From NCBI GenBank assembly GCA_026026165.1, contig JAPEUD010000005.1, positions 186,001-250,000 on the forward strand: a DNA stretch of 64,000 nt. Reading direction: 5' to 3'. The DNA comes from Sarea resinae. Its lineage: Eukaryota. The notes below the pieces were generated by a model, which was not told the origin of the DNA, searched no databases, and saw only the letters and a list, made by a program, of their open reading frames with translations. The position numbers were made by a program, and so were the translations under genes. Of this stretch, positions 36,833 through 49,839 are shown one piece after another; position 1 is the stretch's first letter; each line of letters starts with the position of its first letter.

Positions 36833-38645
36833 TTATTGCTTCTCCGAGGCAATCTTCTCCGAGGGACCTTTGTGGATATCGGTGTCAGACCCGCTGGAAC
36901 CCTCATCCTTCTCGATACCCTCGACCACGTTGGCGTCCCGGCCAAGCATGAGATGCTCGACGTTGACCTTGGGGCCCTTGAACCACTTGTGTGCGTCGAC
37001 GAACCACCAGATCAGGATGGAAAGCATCGGCGCACCGTACACAAGACACGTCCAGTTCATCTCGTTGGCCCTGTCAGAAGTATGAAGTTAGCATCTTGTG
37101 GAATTCGTTGTAGGGAATCAAGAGTAAGCTTACTTTAGATTACTACCAGTGACACTGGGTAGACACAAGATTGGTGCCATGAGAGCCACGAAAGCTGAGG
37201 CCATGGCGCCGATGGTACGGCTAAATCTCCCTAGGTTCCAGGGGCCCTTTCGGAACCTGTCGCCGACGAAGAAGACTCGGATGAAGATGGGGATGGTAAA
37301 GGCCACGAAAGCGGCGATGGCGGCGATGGAGAAAAGCGCTCCAATGGCGACAGAACCACCGAAGATGAGGAACAGCATGCAAATGCCGAGAGCTGTGTTA
37401 AACCACACGGCGTTGACGGGGGTCTGAGTATGTTTGTTGACGCGAGACCAGATATTTGAATAGGGGAAGCAACCATCACGAGCGTAGGCAAATGTGACCC
37501 TGGATGCGGCTACCATGCATCCTTGGCCCATGGAGAAGCCGCAGACAACGGTAAGGCCGAGAGCAGCGAGAGCGATTTTCTTTGGCATCACTTGCAGAAG
37601 GAAGGCTGCCCAGGGTTGTCCTAGATCGGATTCCAAAACGCTGGGAATGTCAATGACCGTGTAGGCGACGACGAGTTGCAAGAACCACCCGAAGAGACCG
37701 CCAACACCCGAGGTCAGAACGATGGCGCGGGGTGAGTTCACATTGGCCCTGGCGGTTTCCTCGCTCAGATGGAAGGGCGCATCGTACCCGGACATGGTCC
37801 AAATGACTCCGATGAAGCTCATCAGAATGCTCACACCACTAGGGTAAGCTGTACCCTGGTAGATGTCTCCCCAAACGTCTTTACTGGCGTTGAATTTGGG
37901 ATGTTCCCTCTTCGTGCCGGCGGGGACCATGATGATGACGACGATAAGGAAGATGACGTTAAGGGTCGATCCGATCCCGTTGATCTGTGCGATCCGCTTC
38001 GTCGGGCAGCTGCTGATGGTTGCGTGGATGAGCATGAGCAAGACGGTCAAGAGAAAAGTCTGATAGTTCGTGGGCGTGTATGTAGGATGGGAGATCGAAG
38101 CAGCAGCAAGAATCATAGAGGCATTGCCATAGTTGACGGACGGAGCACCCGTAATCTGGCCAATCCAGTTCGACCAGCCGGTGATCCAGGCGGCAAAGGG
38201 ACCCCATCCAGGGGGCGCCAAGACAGCTGATGCGTAATAGAGACCTCCGCTGGTGGGCATCGAAGAGCAGAGCTCAGCCATGCTCATAGCGACACATTGA
38301 ATGAACACCATAGCGATGAGCCAACCCCAGACCATACCTAGCATCACATCAGCTTTCTGAAACTCAAAGACTTGAACGGTATCACAAACCAGCAGTCCCT
38401 GCATAACCCATTCCATAGCCCATCGTCGTTGCAAAACTAGGAAGCAGTCCTAGAACGGCAAAACTGACGGCAAAACTCGACCATAGGGTGAATTCTCTTT
38501 TAAACTCGGCCTTGTAACCCAATGCCTCGAGGACCTCCTCATCTTTGTTGTGCGGTACATCGAGTGGAATATCTCCATCTGGAAGCACCGATGTCACGGG
38601 CTCCTCTCCGATGCTACGTCTCTTGTATGTGTACTCTTCCGCCAT
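36833..38645 (-). CDS. APC-superfamily amino acid permease (GABA/choline/polyamine type; 3 exons)
   Basis: Motifs LGYKAEFKREF, SMAELCSSMPTSGGLYY, WTMSGYDAPFHLSEET, ASRVTFAYARDG and WFKGP. Introns 38338-38389 and 37071-37133. Confidence 0.93.
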
Positions 38646-38795
38646 GGTGGTAGGGCGCAGGGGACGGTGGGGGGGACGTGAGGCTCTAGAGTATTGAAAG
38701 GTTGTGACTTGAAAGAAGCCTGTCGTCGTTGATCAAGTCAGCGCACGGCGATCCAAGTCGAGGGATCTCCGTTTCTTAAGAAGAGAGCCCGGTAG

Positions 38796-39796
38796 AGATA
38801 GACCCCCAAGGCCACGCAAGGTAGGGCCGGGAAGGAATGGACATGGGGGATGTATGGAGTAACAGATGCATCCACATGGTGATCCACATGTTCCCGGCGA
38901 AGATAACCTAGAACGTCGAGCATGGGAGCAGAGAGAGGGTCAGACAACCTGGACAAACTGACAGCCACCCACCCTGTGTCCGGTAGTACAGAAAGACGGT
39001 TGTTTGAGCTGAACGGTCGAGTACATAGTAGTACCCTCCCATCCTGTACGTGAACATAGGGCAAGCTGCTCCTGGAGTCTCTCTCCTCTTCTCTCATGAC
39101 TGGCTCGATCTGGTTATCTCTCGTACGTGGGCCTAGGGCGAGTAGGGGTACCGTGCTAGTAGCAGTTCTCCACTACTGTATCTCGACGGCCCCCCCTGGC
39201 CTTACGGACGGGGGTGCCTGCAACGGTCTCTCCGGCAGCCCTCTCTCGTTCTCTTCCACTCTTCCTCTCTTCGACCGAGGGACTAGAGCCAACTACGGGA
39301 CGCGACCCCCAGCAAGCGAATGGAGCGATGCCATAGCGCAGAGATAGAGATAGCGGCGCAACTTATGATCAAATCTGCAGTGTCGCACAGGCGAACGGGC
39401 GAGCCGAGAGATAAGGATGGCCCTCTCTCTTGTTCGACGAGTTTTCTCGACTCATTCCACCGCATTACTCGGTCCAGTGCCCTGTCGCGCCGATCCAATG
39501 TCCAACGTTTCCCGCCACTTTTCCCTCACCTTTTCTGGTCGTGCGCACCCTAAAGAAGCCTATCAGCGCGATGGGAAAAAGCAAGGAGAGAAGTGAAATG
39601 GACGGACCGCCATCGGACTTGCTCCCAGGCTGCGCATTCCGTTTCGAGTAATCTTCCAGACAACCTGAAGACGCGGAAACTTCTTCATCTGTGACATGCA
39701 TGGTGGCGACTTGCCAGGCCCATCGATCCACCCCGTCGATCGAATTCGTTTTCCGTCGCGCGACCAGTTTGTGCCTTCATGTCCAGCATTCTATCA
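38796..39796. promoter_or_regulatory. Cluster of HGATAR sites upstream of the amino-acid permease (candidate AreA/NIT2 control)
   Basis: Eight HGATAR matches in 1 kb, at 38796, 38901, 39114, 39342, 39348, 39409, 39560 and 39791. About 3 per kb are expected at uniform base composition. Function is inferred. Confidence 0.4.
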
Positions 39797-40719
39797 ATCA
39801 TAACAATCGATGTTATTGCCAACCAAGATGATGATCAGCAATCTCCGTGTGTCAAGAGGCTTGTTCATTGTGGGGTAAGACTCTTAGGTAAGAGAAACTG
39901 TAGCGAAGCCCAAGATGCCCGCCACACGCTCAAGCGAACGGTCTACAGAAGGGCGATGATGCGGTTCGTGGGGACTGCCATCGTACTACCATGATGGATG
40001 CATGTACGATGGGAATTCATGTGGAGAAGGGGGCTCCGCCCACCTAGGCTCCGTCATCGGATTAACTACCGTGGTCCACACGGCTCCGTCAGATACAGGA
40101 ACCCCTTTGAGGCGTCAATGATGATTGTCGTGAGGCGGCGGCTACTGTCTCGAGATCGGATCCCATGCCCTTGGCATCACATCGCTGATAACGGTGCCGC
40201 TTCCGCTTGGGGACCCATTCCCTCTCCATTGTTCACAGCACTCTAGTAACGTCGTACGGAGTATTTGGTGGTCTGATTGACTTCTCTCTGGTGGGAGGCT
40301 TTTTGTTTTCAGCCCTGTCTCGCTACTCAGCACTGTGGCTTGGATCAATCGTCCCATGTTATTACTCCTCCGACGCCTCCTTCGTGCTTGATCTGGGTAA
40401 GTAGCCCATACATTCAGCCATCATCATAGCAGCAGTGGAAGCAATAGTGGACATCATTCATAATGACTATTATTGTTGCTTTGTGGTATCTACTAATGTA
40501 CTCCGAAGTATGAAGTATGTGTCGCCGAGCGGTTACTGCTGGGACGAGACCATGAAGAGATTCGTCTAGATGTATTCGTACCAGTACGGCTATCCAACCA
40601 GCCTAGGTAATCTTTCTCGTGTATCGGAACGCCCACGCTATGGAAATTGACAGCCCGGTACGTTGTTGCAGCCAACCAATTATTATCGTATACTTTGTAC
40701 CTTTCCTGGTTCACGGAAT

Positions 40720-42971
40720 TCATGCCGATGGTGTGCCGCTGCAGGGCTCCTCCGAGAAATCCAAGAGCTCTAGGTCCTCGCATTCCCGAGGGACCCTGCA
40801 GATTTGTCTCGCACTCGAGGGGGCAGTCTTCCAGAGCACTTCTCGGACTTCCCTGCCAACCTGTTGGATCGAATCAATGGCCCAGATCACATCCAAATGC
40901 TCGTACTCTTCGATGATCTTGGAGTGCACGAGTCGCACGTGCGGCTCCCTTCCTTTCTCGAATCGTCGCAGTAATCGTCTTCCGTCAACAAGATCATCGG
41001 TTCCAGCAATCCACAGCGCAAGCGGTGGGAAGTTCTCATCATACCAAGCAGTGCGGCCTCGAGAGCTAGTACTTTCTAAGCCGGGCAAGTTGTTCAGCGC
41101 TCCCTTCCCTGAGTTTTCTGAGAGTGGCAAGTTGTCAACTGTCTGACAGTATTCGTCTTCACCGTCTTCGTTATCCTCCATCTGGCCCTCCTCCCTCGTT
41201 GCGAGGATACACTTTTGCCTCGCAAAGCACTCCCTTCCAAGCCACCATCGCATACTCTCGGAGCTAACGTAGACGGGAGCGAATTGGAACATACGAGATC
41301 GGAGGTCCTGCTCCCATCGATCGTCCGTCCAATTGAATAAGAATGAAAAGACTCGATAGCCCATGGCGCCGTACAAATTTGCCGGCAGGATGGAATGCAT
41401 GGTCATCATTAACGGAATGAAAGCGTGGATGCCGAAGAATACACGAAAGATGTTTGGCGAGACGATTCGCATGAATTTGAAGTACATCTTGCCAATCAGG
41501 GGACCAGCGTAGGCTGCAGGCGCGAGGGCGCAAAAGACACTGATCTTCTGGCCGAGGTCTGGGCGTTGCTCTTTCGCGAGAGCGACAAAGGTTTCCGTGG
41601 TTCCTTGCGAGTGACAGATGAGGCCCAGTTTCTCAAACCCAGTCTCGGATAATACTCGCGAGACAAGGGCAGGTAGATCCATGACACCCATCTGCCGGAT
41701 GTTCCAAGCCCACATTCGCGGATCTTTGTACTGAAGCATGCTATGCTCTGGTGTGAAACCACAGCGATTATTCCCTAGCCAAACATCATAGCCACTATTC
41801 ATGTCAGTAAAATTAGAGCTTCGTCATACTGCAGAGTAGTAACATACCTTTTGCAAAGGAAAAATGCTAGACTATCGTCGTCGTTCGTGCAATAAGCCCC
41901 AGAACTTTGCAAAAGTCCGTGAATCATCAAGACAGGGTACTTCCTCCTTCCATCCTTGTGCTGCCTTCCGCTTGCTCCACTGGCCTTGCCATGCTCAACG
42001 TGACCTTGGGGAAAGGTATCAGGGGCTTTGTAGGCTCGCTGTTCGGCGGGAACGGGTGTATATTCTTTCGGGTCATAGACATGCCATAAGGTGATGATGA
42101 AACCATCTTCGGTCTGAACTTTGTACTCTTCCACGTCAAGGCCAACTCGGCGAGCATAGTAGCTCACGTCACAGACAAGCTTATCCTTACCGCCCTCTGT
42201 GGGCTCAAATTCCTGGTGTCCGGCCTCATCTTCCGGCTCATCGTCAAACTTCGTATGACTCTTCCGGCGTCGGCGCTGGCGTTTCCATGCCTTCTCTGCC
42301 TCCCTTCTCTCCTCTTTCCTCCTCTCCTCTTCTTCGTAAAAGGGACGCCGCGCATTCGGATCCTTGCATTGAAGTCGAAGACCAATGTGCCGGAGCATGA
42401 GAGGAATGCTCGTAAACGCAGAGCCTAGAACGATCACGCCCAAGAAGCTCAGAGACAGAAAGAATGACGAGATCCGAAAGCCATAGCACTGGATATTTCG
42501 CATCAGGGTTGGCGGCCCGTACATGGGCAGTGGGGGGAACAACGGATTCGTCCTGGACGGAGGGACCGCTTCTCTCAGTGGTGCCTCCGGTTCGCTCGAA
42601 GGCCGCGACGCAACTGCATTGCCACTGTTGAGACTGGTATTGTCGGACCGCCTTCTGAACTCATCGGTTTTCCCAGCCCTGGGGTCATAGCGATGTGCTG
42701 CTCGCCCAGAGCTTCTTGCATCCGCATCCTTCCCAATCTGATCTCTGAGGACGTTGAGTTTTTGGGCTTCGTCGAACGGTACAGCCGGAAGTCGACCGCC
42801 ATTTGCCGTGATGACAACGGGATCCTGGGGTGTGACGAAGTCGGCTTCGATGGCACTCGTCGAGCCTGTCGACTCGTTCTCCTGGTTCGGCGTCAAGGCC
42901 GCTAAGCGTTGGGCTTGATGCGTAAATTCGATCGCGGCCCGGGCCTTGTCTTGCGCCGTCGCGCTCGCCAT
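40720..42971 (-). CDS. Alpha/beta-hydrolase lipase (steryl-ester hydrolase Yeh/Tgl1-like; 2 exons)
   Basis: Motifs VQTEDGFII, VLMIHGLLQSSG, GYDVWLGNNR, nucleophile elbow ICHSQGT, AGTDDLVD and YEHLDVIWA, plus one N-terminal TM segment. Intron 41795-41847. Confidence 0.92.
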
Positions 42972-44766
42972 CTTCGGATCAGGAATATATACTACTATAA
43001 AGATGGAGTGTCAATATATCGGGTGGTGATATTCAATGAGATGGCCTATTCATCATGCCAGAGCGAAGCGCTTCCGCCGGGCAAGAAAAGGTCCACAGCA
43101 GAGGTCGAAGCACGATCCTGATGGATACGGAGGAATGATGGTGCGTGGGCAGATGAAAGATGCAAGCATCCGATATGGAACAATACTACATATGAGGAGT
43201 ACTTCCGTAGACTCTTGGGCGGTGGGACGGCCAGCGCAAGCGAGTAAATTGCGTGTCGATTGCCGCCCCTTTGTACAGATTGGGATTAGAGCCACGGAGT
43301 GTGGAGGCAGTGTCTGTGGCAGAAGACGGAAAACAGAAGGAGTAAGGTACGAAGTCCGGTCACTGATCGATACGACGCCAAAGGGATTGATCGACGGCCA
43401 GTGAGTGACAAGCCGAATGTGGTCTGGCCTCGCCCTCCCATTCGGTGGCGGATGCGCGATGATGGTGGAGGAATTCGGCTCTTTTGGAGAGGGCCTGGGC
43501 ACGGACGTGGGCACGAGCACCGGCGCAGCTGGACCCTTTGAACCTGTTTCGGGCGTTTATTATTGCAGGTGGATAGAGTACGAGGGCAGTCACAGGTCGA
43601 CGGCACTCGTCGTACGCAGGAATACCTCCACAGGGCTCTGTACAGTGAGGGACGGGGCACTGCTCGGAAGTACTGGATGCGAACCTTGGCCGCTGTGCCC
43701 CAAGAGTCAATGGCACATTCCTCATGGTGGCCTGCATGGCTTAGGTAATGCAGGTGAATGTGAATGATCGGCGACAGATCTCGGCAGATTGATTGCTTGA
43801 TCTGGGGCCCTTGAACCGCAAAGAGACTCCAGCCCAGTGAATGTAGGGAAGAACTTCCATATTCATCACTTCGCTGAATCCCCGCTTGCTCTCACGAGAG
43901 AACCTCCAGCCTCATCCCTTGAGATATTTCCGGGTGTAAGCAAGAGATGAGAGTGGTTCACTAGCAAAGATGTAGCCAGGAAATACGACATCTTCTCAGC
44001 TATCTGAAAGAAAAGAATGGCCCAGACTACCCCAAGACGAGGGAGCAAAGAATCAGGAATTGAAACCGTCTAAACAGACCTGTGATTATTGCAAAGATTC
44101 AAAAAATAAAGGGAAGCAATTTGAGTTAGCAAGCAGACTGTGCCACTATATCATGTCCTACTAGGTAAGAAACCTCCCTAGAGCACTAAAGCCTATAATG
44201 CCAACAGCAAATAGAAGACAGGTAGATAGGTAAGTGCTGCTCTCGCTTGATCTCGACTCGACGTTGCGTTGAATAGAGCCGAGGACAAAGGCAGCAGGAC
44301 CTAGGATCGAACAAGCAGTGCTTCATTGCTATCCTGTCTGGCCGCTGCATATATGACAATAAGCTGCGAATTGTGTTGGCCAGACATTCATATCAGACCT
44401 CATTTTCGTGATGATGTACTGCGTGCGCTCAAGGTCAAGAGTCTCTTTTCGAGTCAAGTACCACAACCGCAGCAAAATGTAACACGCTCTTGGCTAGGTA
44501 AGCTTGGAAGTCTGTTCAGATAGGAAGAACGAGTGATAATATTGCCACGAAATAATACTACCAATCTAGTAACATCGACGAAAAGCATTAGCAACAACGA
44601 ATACCATCTTTGGGTTTGATAATGGGACTTCTCCTATCTGTCCCTGATAGATTAATTATCGTCCTATATAAGTCTGGTCGGAACGACAGTTTGGTCGCAG
44701 CGCCAAAATTATCCAGTTAGATGCTCCGGTGGCTGTTGCTGGTCTTATTCAACAACCCGGCAATTG

Positions 44767-45145
44767 TGCCCTGACTGCGGGGAAACATCATTGACCACCC
44801 TGCATCCCGAACTATCGAGAGAGAGCAAAGCATTGTGGGACCTGTGATGGCCATCACGTCCCGCCCTGCAGGGCAATATGCCGTAAGTGTGGTGAGCAAG
44901 GGCACCAATGGATGTACTGTCCCCATGACCAGCTTAGTTCGCAGCCAAAGCCTCCTATAGAATCATCCCAATCAGGCTTCAACGCTGCCACCGGGAGGGA
45001 AGCTTTTGATATTGACCAGTGGATGGAGACAGCCCATATTACAATCGAATACCTACGAGGGACTGATCGGCGTATGGCCTACCCCGACGCCGAATGGACG
45101 CATGTTTCGCCAGATCACGATGCCAGTATATCAGCTGCTGGATAG
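44767..45145 (+). pseudogene. Disrupted tandem zinc-knuckle gene fragment
   Basis: Reads CPDCG/KHH*PPC (one extra G in the G4 run at 44779-44782, TGA at 44792), then CGTCDGHHVPPC, then canonical C-x2-C-x4-H-x4-C CRKCGEQGHQWMYC (44879-44920). The frame stays open to TAG at 45143-45145. Confidence 0.65.
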
Positions 45146-46625
45146 ATCAATGGATCACCTCAATCACGATCTCAAGTACAGAAGGACTCTATCTGCAGCA
45201 CTACAATAGGAACAGTTCGCTTGCTTTGTTAAAGAGATAGGCTCAAAAATCACAGATCTTGCATACCTTTTTACCCTTACTAAAGCTAGTATCAAAGAAA
45301 TATCCGGCACTAATAGCTATTTTCGATGGAAAGGACACTACAATACAGGAGCTCTGCTAAGTTACTCGGGAGCTGCTGCCCGGCATACCAAGCCAAAAAG
45401 CAGGGAGCCTTTGATGCAGTGACGCCCTGGGCACCGCCCGACAACATTCCTGTGACGATGCGGAGGGCGCTGAACTATCTCTGAAAGGCAGACGAGTCCA
45501 TCTATAAGTAGGAACTTTCCCGCTGACTCCCTACTGTGTCGATGACGTAGAGCAAGTCGCTCAAGGACACAGATATAATTGTCTACCTAATTTTTACTCA
45601 ACAGTATCACTCTTCTCACCTTACCTACAGAAATCAATGGCAATATCTGTGATAATTATTTGGAAGACTTACCCACTAAAATTGACCTCGAACAGGCGAG
45701 GATCCGGAGAAACATTATGAAACATGTGAGAAATATCCACATAGAGAAGATGGTTCCGGCCCGAAGGGCGAATTTCGGGAGTAGGGCCTCTAGCGAAGTG
45801 GCAGAAATTGACCAAGCCATACTGGCTTGGTGGCAGAGCGGCATGGACAGTACGTGGCACCAGAAAACTCGACCACGTTGGCGCTGCTAGGCACGAACCG
45901 TAAATAACGGAAGATCTCCGGGCAAAGACCGGTCCAACGAAAGCTGCAGTATCACGTATACTCGAAAGATTTCTTGCTTCGTGTTCATACGTCTCATAGC
46001 AGCCCCACCAGCCACTATTGTAATCCACCTCGAGCGTATTTATATCACAATGGAAGAAAAGCAGGCTGTGCTACGGACAACGAAGAAGAATCAGAAGTGG
46101 GAGCAGACAACAAAGAAGATGAAAGATGCAATCCTTCATTGGAGGTTACAGATCCTACCAGGTCTTCAGCAGTGGACCAAAAATGGAGAGCAAATCAGTT
46201 ACATCTGTAGAAGGGGAGGGGGGGGGGAACGCAACTTTCGAGCTACGTGTCACTTCAAAGGCTCTCATGGAGATCCACCGCGAGGTGCAGAAGTTTGACG
46301 GAGTCTTCTCGATAGAACAACTCAACGACTTCGGGTACACGACCTCCTCAGATAGGGGCGAAGCAACGCTGATCATGGGGATTCCTCCTGGACAGCTACA
46401 TGGCAGCCCGAAGATCGGGCGCAGGCATGCAAGCCAAGTCCGGCTTCTACCTGCGCAATGAAGAGGCGCGAGGGAAGAAATATTATCTCTAGGAGGAAGG
46501 CTTCGGGGAGGGCATGTTGGACGGCGCAGAAAGAAGTCTCAACACTCCCTCGGACATGTTGTCATTGGATTTGATCATGACTGGAGCTAACTCGTGCTCA
46601 GCATCCGCGATATCCCTGATGCTGA

Positions 46626-47575
46626 ACTAGCAGAAGCAGTCAGCAACAATCTGCAAAGGCTAGATTAGTTATACAGAAGAGTATAGAGGCAATTAGGTAT
46701 CTCCCCCCTAAGCCGGCATTGACACGTCCTTGCTGTTTGCAGTGCTCCAAGAACTTTACGTGCGTGCCAGGTTTGCGCCGCACCAAACAGACGATCCAAC
46801 ATAAGTGCCACTATTACGAAAGACAGCGCAAGAAGTGCACTCCTGTAAGTCGATAGCGCTTCATCTTTGAGGCTTACTGACGCATAGTTTGCCTCAGGTG
46901 CTAGTTGAGGATTCCCGTTCCAAAGAGGAGGAACTTGAGAGAGATATCAAAAACCAACAGGACAACATCTTTTCCTATAAGCGTATGGCTTCCAAACGTC
47001 GAACAGCTATGTATTGCAAGACTGACCAAAGAATCCATAGACTTAAAGACCTGGCAGAAAAAGCTTGACAGACTAAGCACATCCAGCTTAGCACGGACAG
47101 CATCAAGGCGTACAGAAAGGCAATTGACATACAATGCAGACCACCCAGCGAAAACCACACTTGGTTTTGGGTTCAAAATCATTGTGTGCTCTACAGACAC
47201 GTTGTCATCATGTCACAGAAAGAGTTTTCTAATATATCTGCCGCCTGATTGCAAAGTGGAGGTCAAGGCTTTCGTTGAGGGTGTTAGATATGATGTAGAG
47301 TATGATGACAAGGTTGAGATGATTTTCGACATGGCCAAGGGTTTTCTATCTTTCCAAGTCCTGAGTACATATCTAGGGGTTCACTTTGGCAGTCAGATCA
47401 CGCTAAATTTGTGTAGGATGTGTCCAGTGCGAATCTCAAACGCAAGACACCTCCCACGCGCGAAGAGAATCCAGTGGAGCACACGAAAGCTACACCTGAT
47501 CCGTGCGTGCATCATTTGGTAGCCATTGCTGACAGTCAGTGTAGAGGCCACTGCCGCACAGGTCTATATTGATCA
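46626..47575 (+). pseudogene. Decayed Zn-cluster (Zn2Cys6-like) gene with residual introns
   Basis: PCCLQCSKNFTCVPGLRRTKQTIQHKCHYYERQRKKCTP (46728-46844) is followed directly by a GTAAGT donor and CTGAC branch site. One expected Cys is TAC at 46815. There is no in-frame ATG and stops occur downstream. Confidence 0.5.
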
Positions 47576-48479
47576 GGAATCTCATCTAACTGTAGATTAA
47601 GCACTCATTCATAATATACGAACAGGCCGCAACATGATTGATAATGCGCAGATCAGCAGCATATCTCTTGTGATCTCTAGTGAATTATTGTAGAAGGTCA
47701 GGCGAACAGATGCTCAGACCACTGTCCAAGTACTGTGGTGCGCCGTCTTTGCAAGTATGAGGGGCAACAGTCGACCCCGCCACCCCAAGCGCCCCCTACA
47801 AGTGTTTTCGAGTATAGGAGACTCAGGAAGCTTGATTGCGTCCAACACCGGTCCGGGCCCCACAAGCCTGTGTGGCATACCACTACCGAGTCAACGCGTT
47901 TGTCGAGCAATGTAACTCCTTACCGACCTTAGCAAAGTCTTACGAAAAACTCTCGCGGGGATGGATCAAGGCTTCTTGAACGAACTCAGACGGTACAACG
48001 TGCGCAGCCTGGCGAGCCAGCCGCACGCAGCATTCCGAGCTGGAGGAGGACGGTTCGGAGCATTCTACGCCCTGCTGGCCAACGTCCTGGAAGAGCCTAT
48101 TACGGAGAAGCCGGAACGGCCTGTTGAAGACCGTCGTCATAAAAGCGTGGACTAAGAAGCCTATATAAACGGGAGAGTAGGACCCCGTCCAATTAAAGTT
48201 CCCGCTAGCTTCCGCCAACACCATCTCGAAACCAAAAAAGCAACTGGCTTAGGTGGTTATACACTCTATTAACGTTGTTATTTGAAAAGAACGGCGACGA
48301 CGACAATGGAAACAATGAGGACGGGGATCAGACGATCATGTTCCCAGATCTGTTTGGTATGAGCACAATATATCAGCTACAAAGCCACGCACTAGCAACC
48401 ACCATAGCAATTAGTAGAGCCATTTGTTTTCTGCGCCCCTATCAGAACCTAAGTCAAAATCTGTACAAGATTTCCTGAC

Positions 48480-49440
48480 TGCTAACATAGAGAATATAGT
48501 CTGCTTCCCTAAGGAAATTTATGCGGTAACAATGCATTGTAAAGGAACAAGAATACTACTCTAACCCCTCTATTCTATCTAGTAGAGGAAGAAGGGCGTA
48601 TATTGCTTATAGCCTGCCTACTAATAAGAATATCAAAGAACAAGCAATGCGTAACAAGGAAAGCATCTAGATCTCTAGCTCTACTAGCTAGGTGACTTAC
48701 TAGGGAAAAAATCTAGCCTATTTATTAAAGGGCCAAGGATACTAAGGTAACTAGTGCAGGAAAAAGGCCTAGGATGACAACGGCGGTAAACGTGTAGCTA
48801 TCAAGGCCGAGGAAGAGGACGAAAAGGCAAGAGAAGCATTGCCAAGGGTAGCCGCTGTCCGGCAACCTCCTACAGAGAGGACCTAAGACGTCCCACGATT
48901 CATTGTCGTTATACAAAGGCGTTCTGGCAATTTTAGGAATAGGGGGTAGGGCCTTAGTAGAGGCGATAGAGCTCTACTCTGGAAAAGGTCCTGGCGCTAT
49001 AGCAAGTCGTACAAGCTAGGATGCTAATGTCCTTTAAGAGAGAGAAGTTCTAGGCTACACTAAAATCTTCTTAGGTACCTTACAGAGGCTGTACAGGGGT
49101 CTGAGATAATTTCTCCTTGTTAAGGGTTTAGAAGGGGCAACCTACTACTTTGTACATTAGAAGCTAGGTAGGTGGTTCTAGTTTATTAGTGTCAGGGCCT
49201 TCGTGTAGAAGTAGCCTTTGAGCTGCACAATGCTGCTGTTATCTACTAGTATAGAGAATCTTTCAGAATATTGCCGCGGCCAGCTAGGACAGCTACCTGA
49301 CTATTAGTGGTAGGTGTGTGAGCTATTCCTTAGAGATAGCCTCAAGCCTAGAGTTTGCTTTGCTGCTATTTGGTATGTCCTAGGTGCGTGCCCACCGCTA
49401 CTAGGCTCGAGAAAGCCTGCAAAGGTGCAGGCGATTCTTT
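48480..49440. other. TpA-rich degenerate sequence, RIP-like relic
   Basis: Visibly dense in TAG/CTA/TAA (e.g. atctagatctctagctctactagctagg at ~48665-48692). Short coding-like frames are broken by TAA/TAG. No index was computed. Confidence 0.5.
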
Positions 49441-49839
49441 AGAGCGGGGGGAGGGGGGCAAAGGGGGGGAGGAGGGGCTGAGAACATAAAAGAATAGCTC
49501 GATGGATTTCGAGCAACTGCTTTGAAGATGGGACCGGCCAGCTAAATTCAGAGACCATGGTACTCACTCACATAATCAATAGAGATAGAAACCTCCCGGA
49601 GAAAAGAAATATATATTCTTCATTCTCGCTACCGTGGATTACACGGCGTGAATGCTTTGCTTTTTCTTGACCCCCCTAATACCGAGATAAGGGGGACGAA
49701 AAGAGAGTAAGAAGAAAATGGAGAAAGGGAAGAAGGGACAAGCGGACAAAAGACAACACGCAAGCTATGCTAGAGATTCCCGATGATTTTTCCCCAGTCG
49801 CCCTATTTTCCAAGTCCGTGCGAGCTCGACCGAGCTCAA

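Noticed and set aside
43800..49480. Intact LTR/LINE retroelement or DNA transposon
   Set aside because: No RT (YxDD), integrase, DDE or tyrosine-recombinase motif and no terminal repeats seen by eye; kept only as a relic island.
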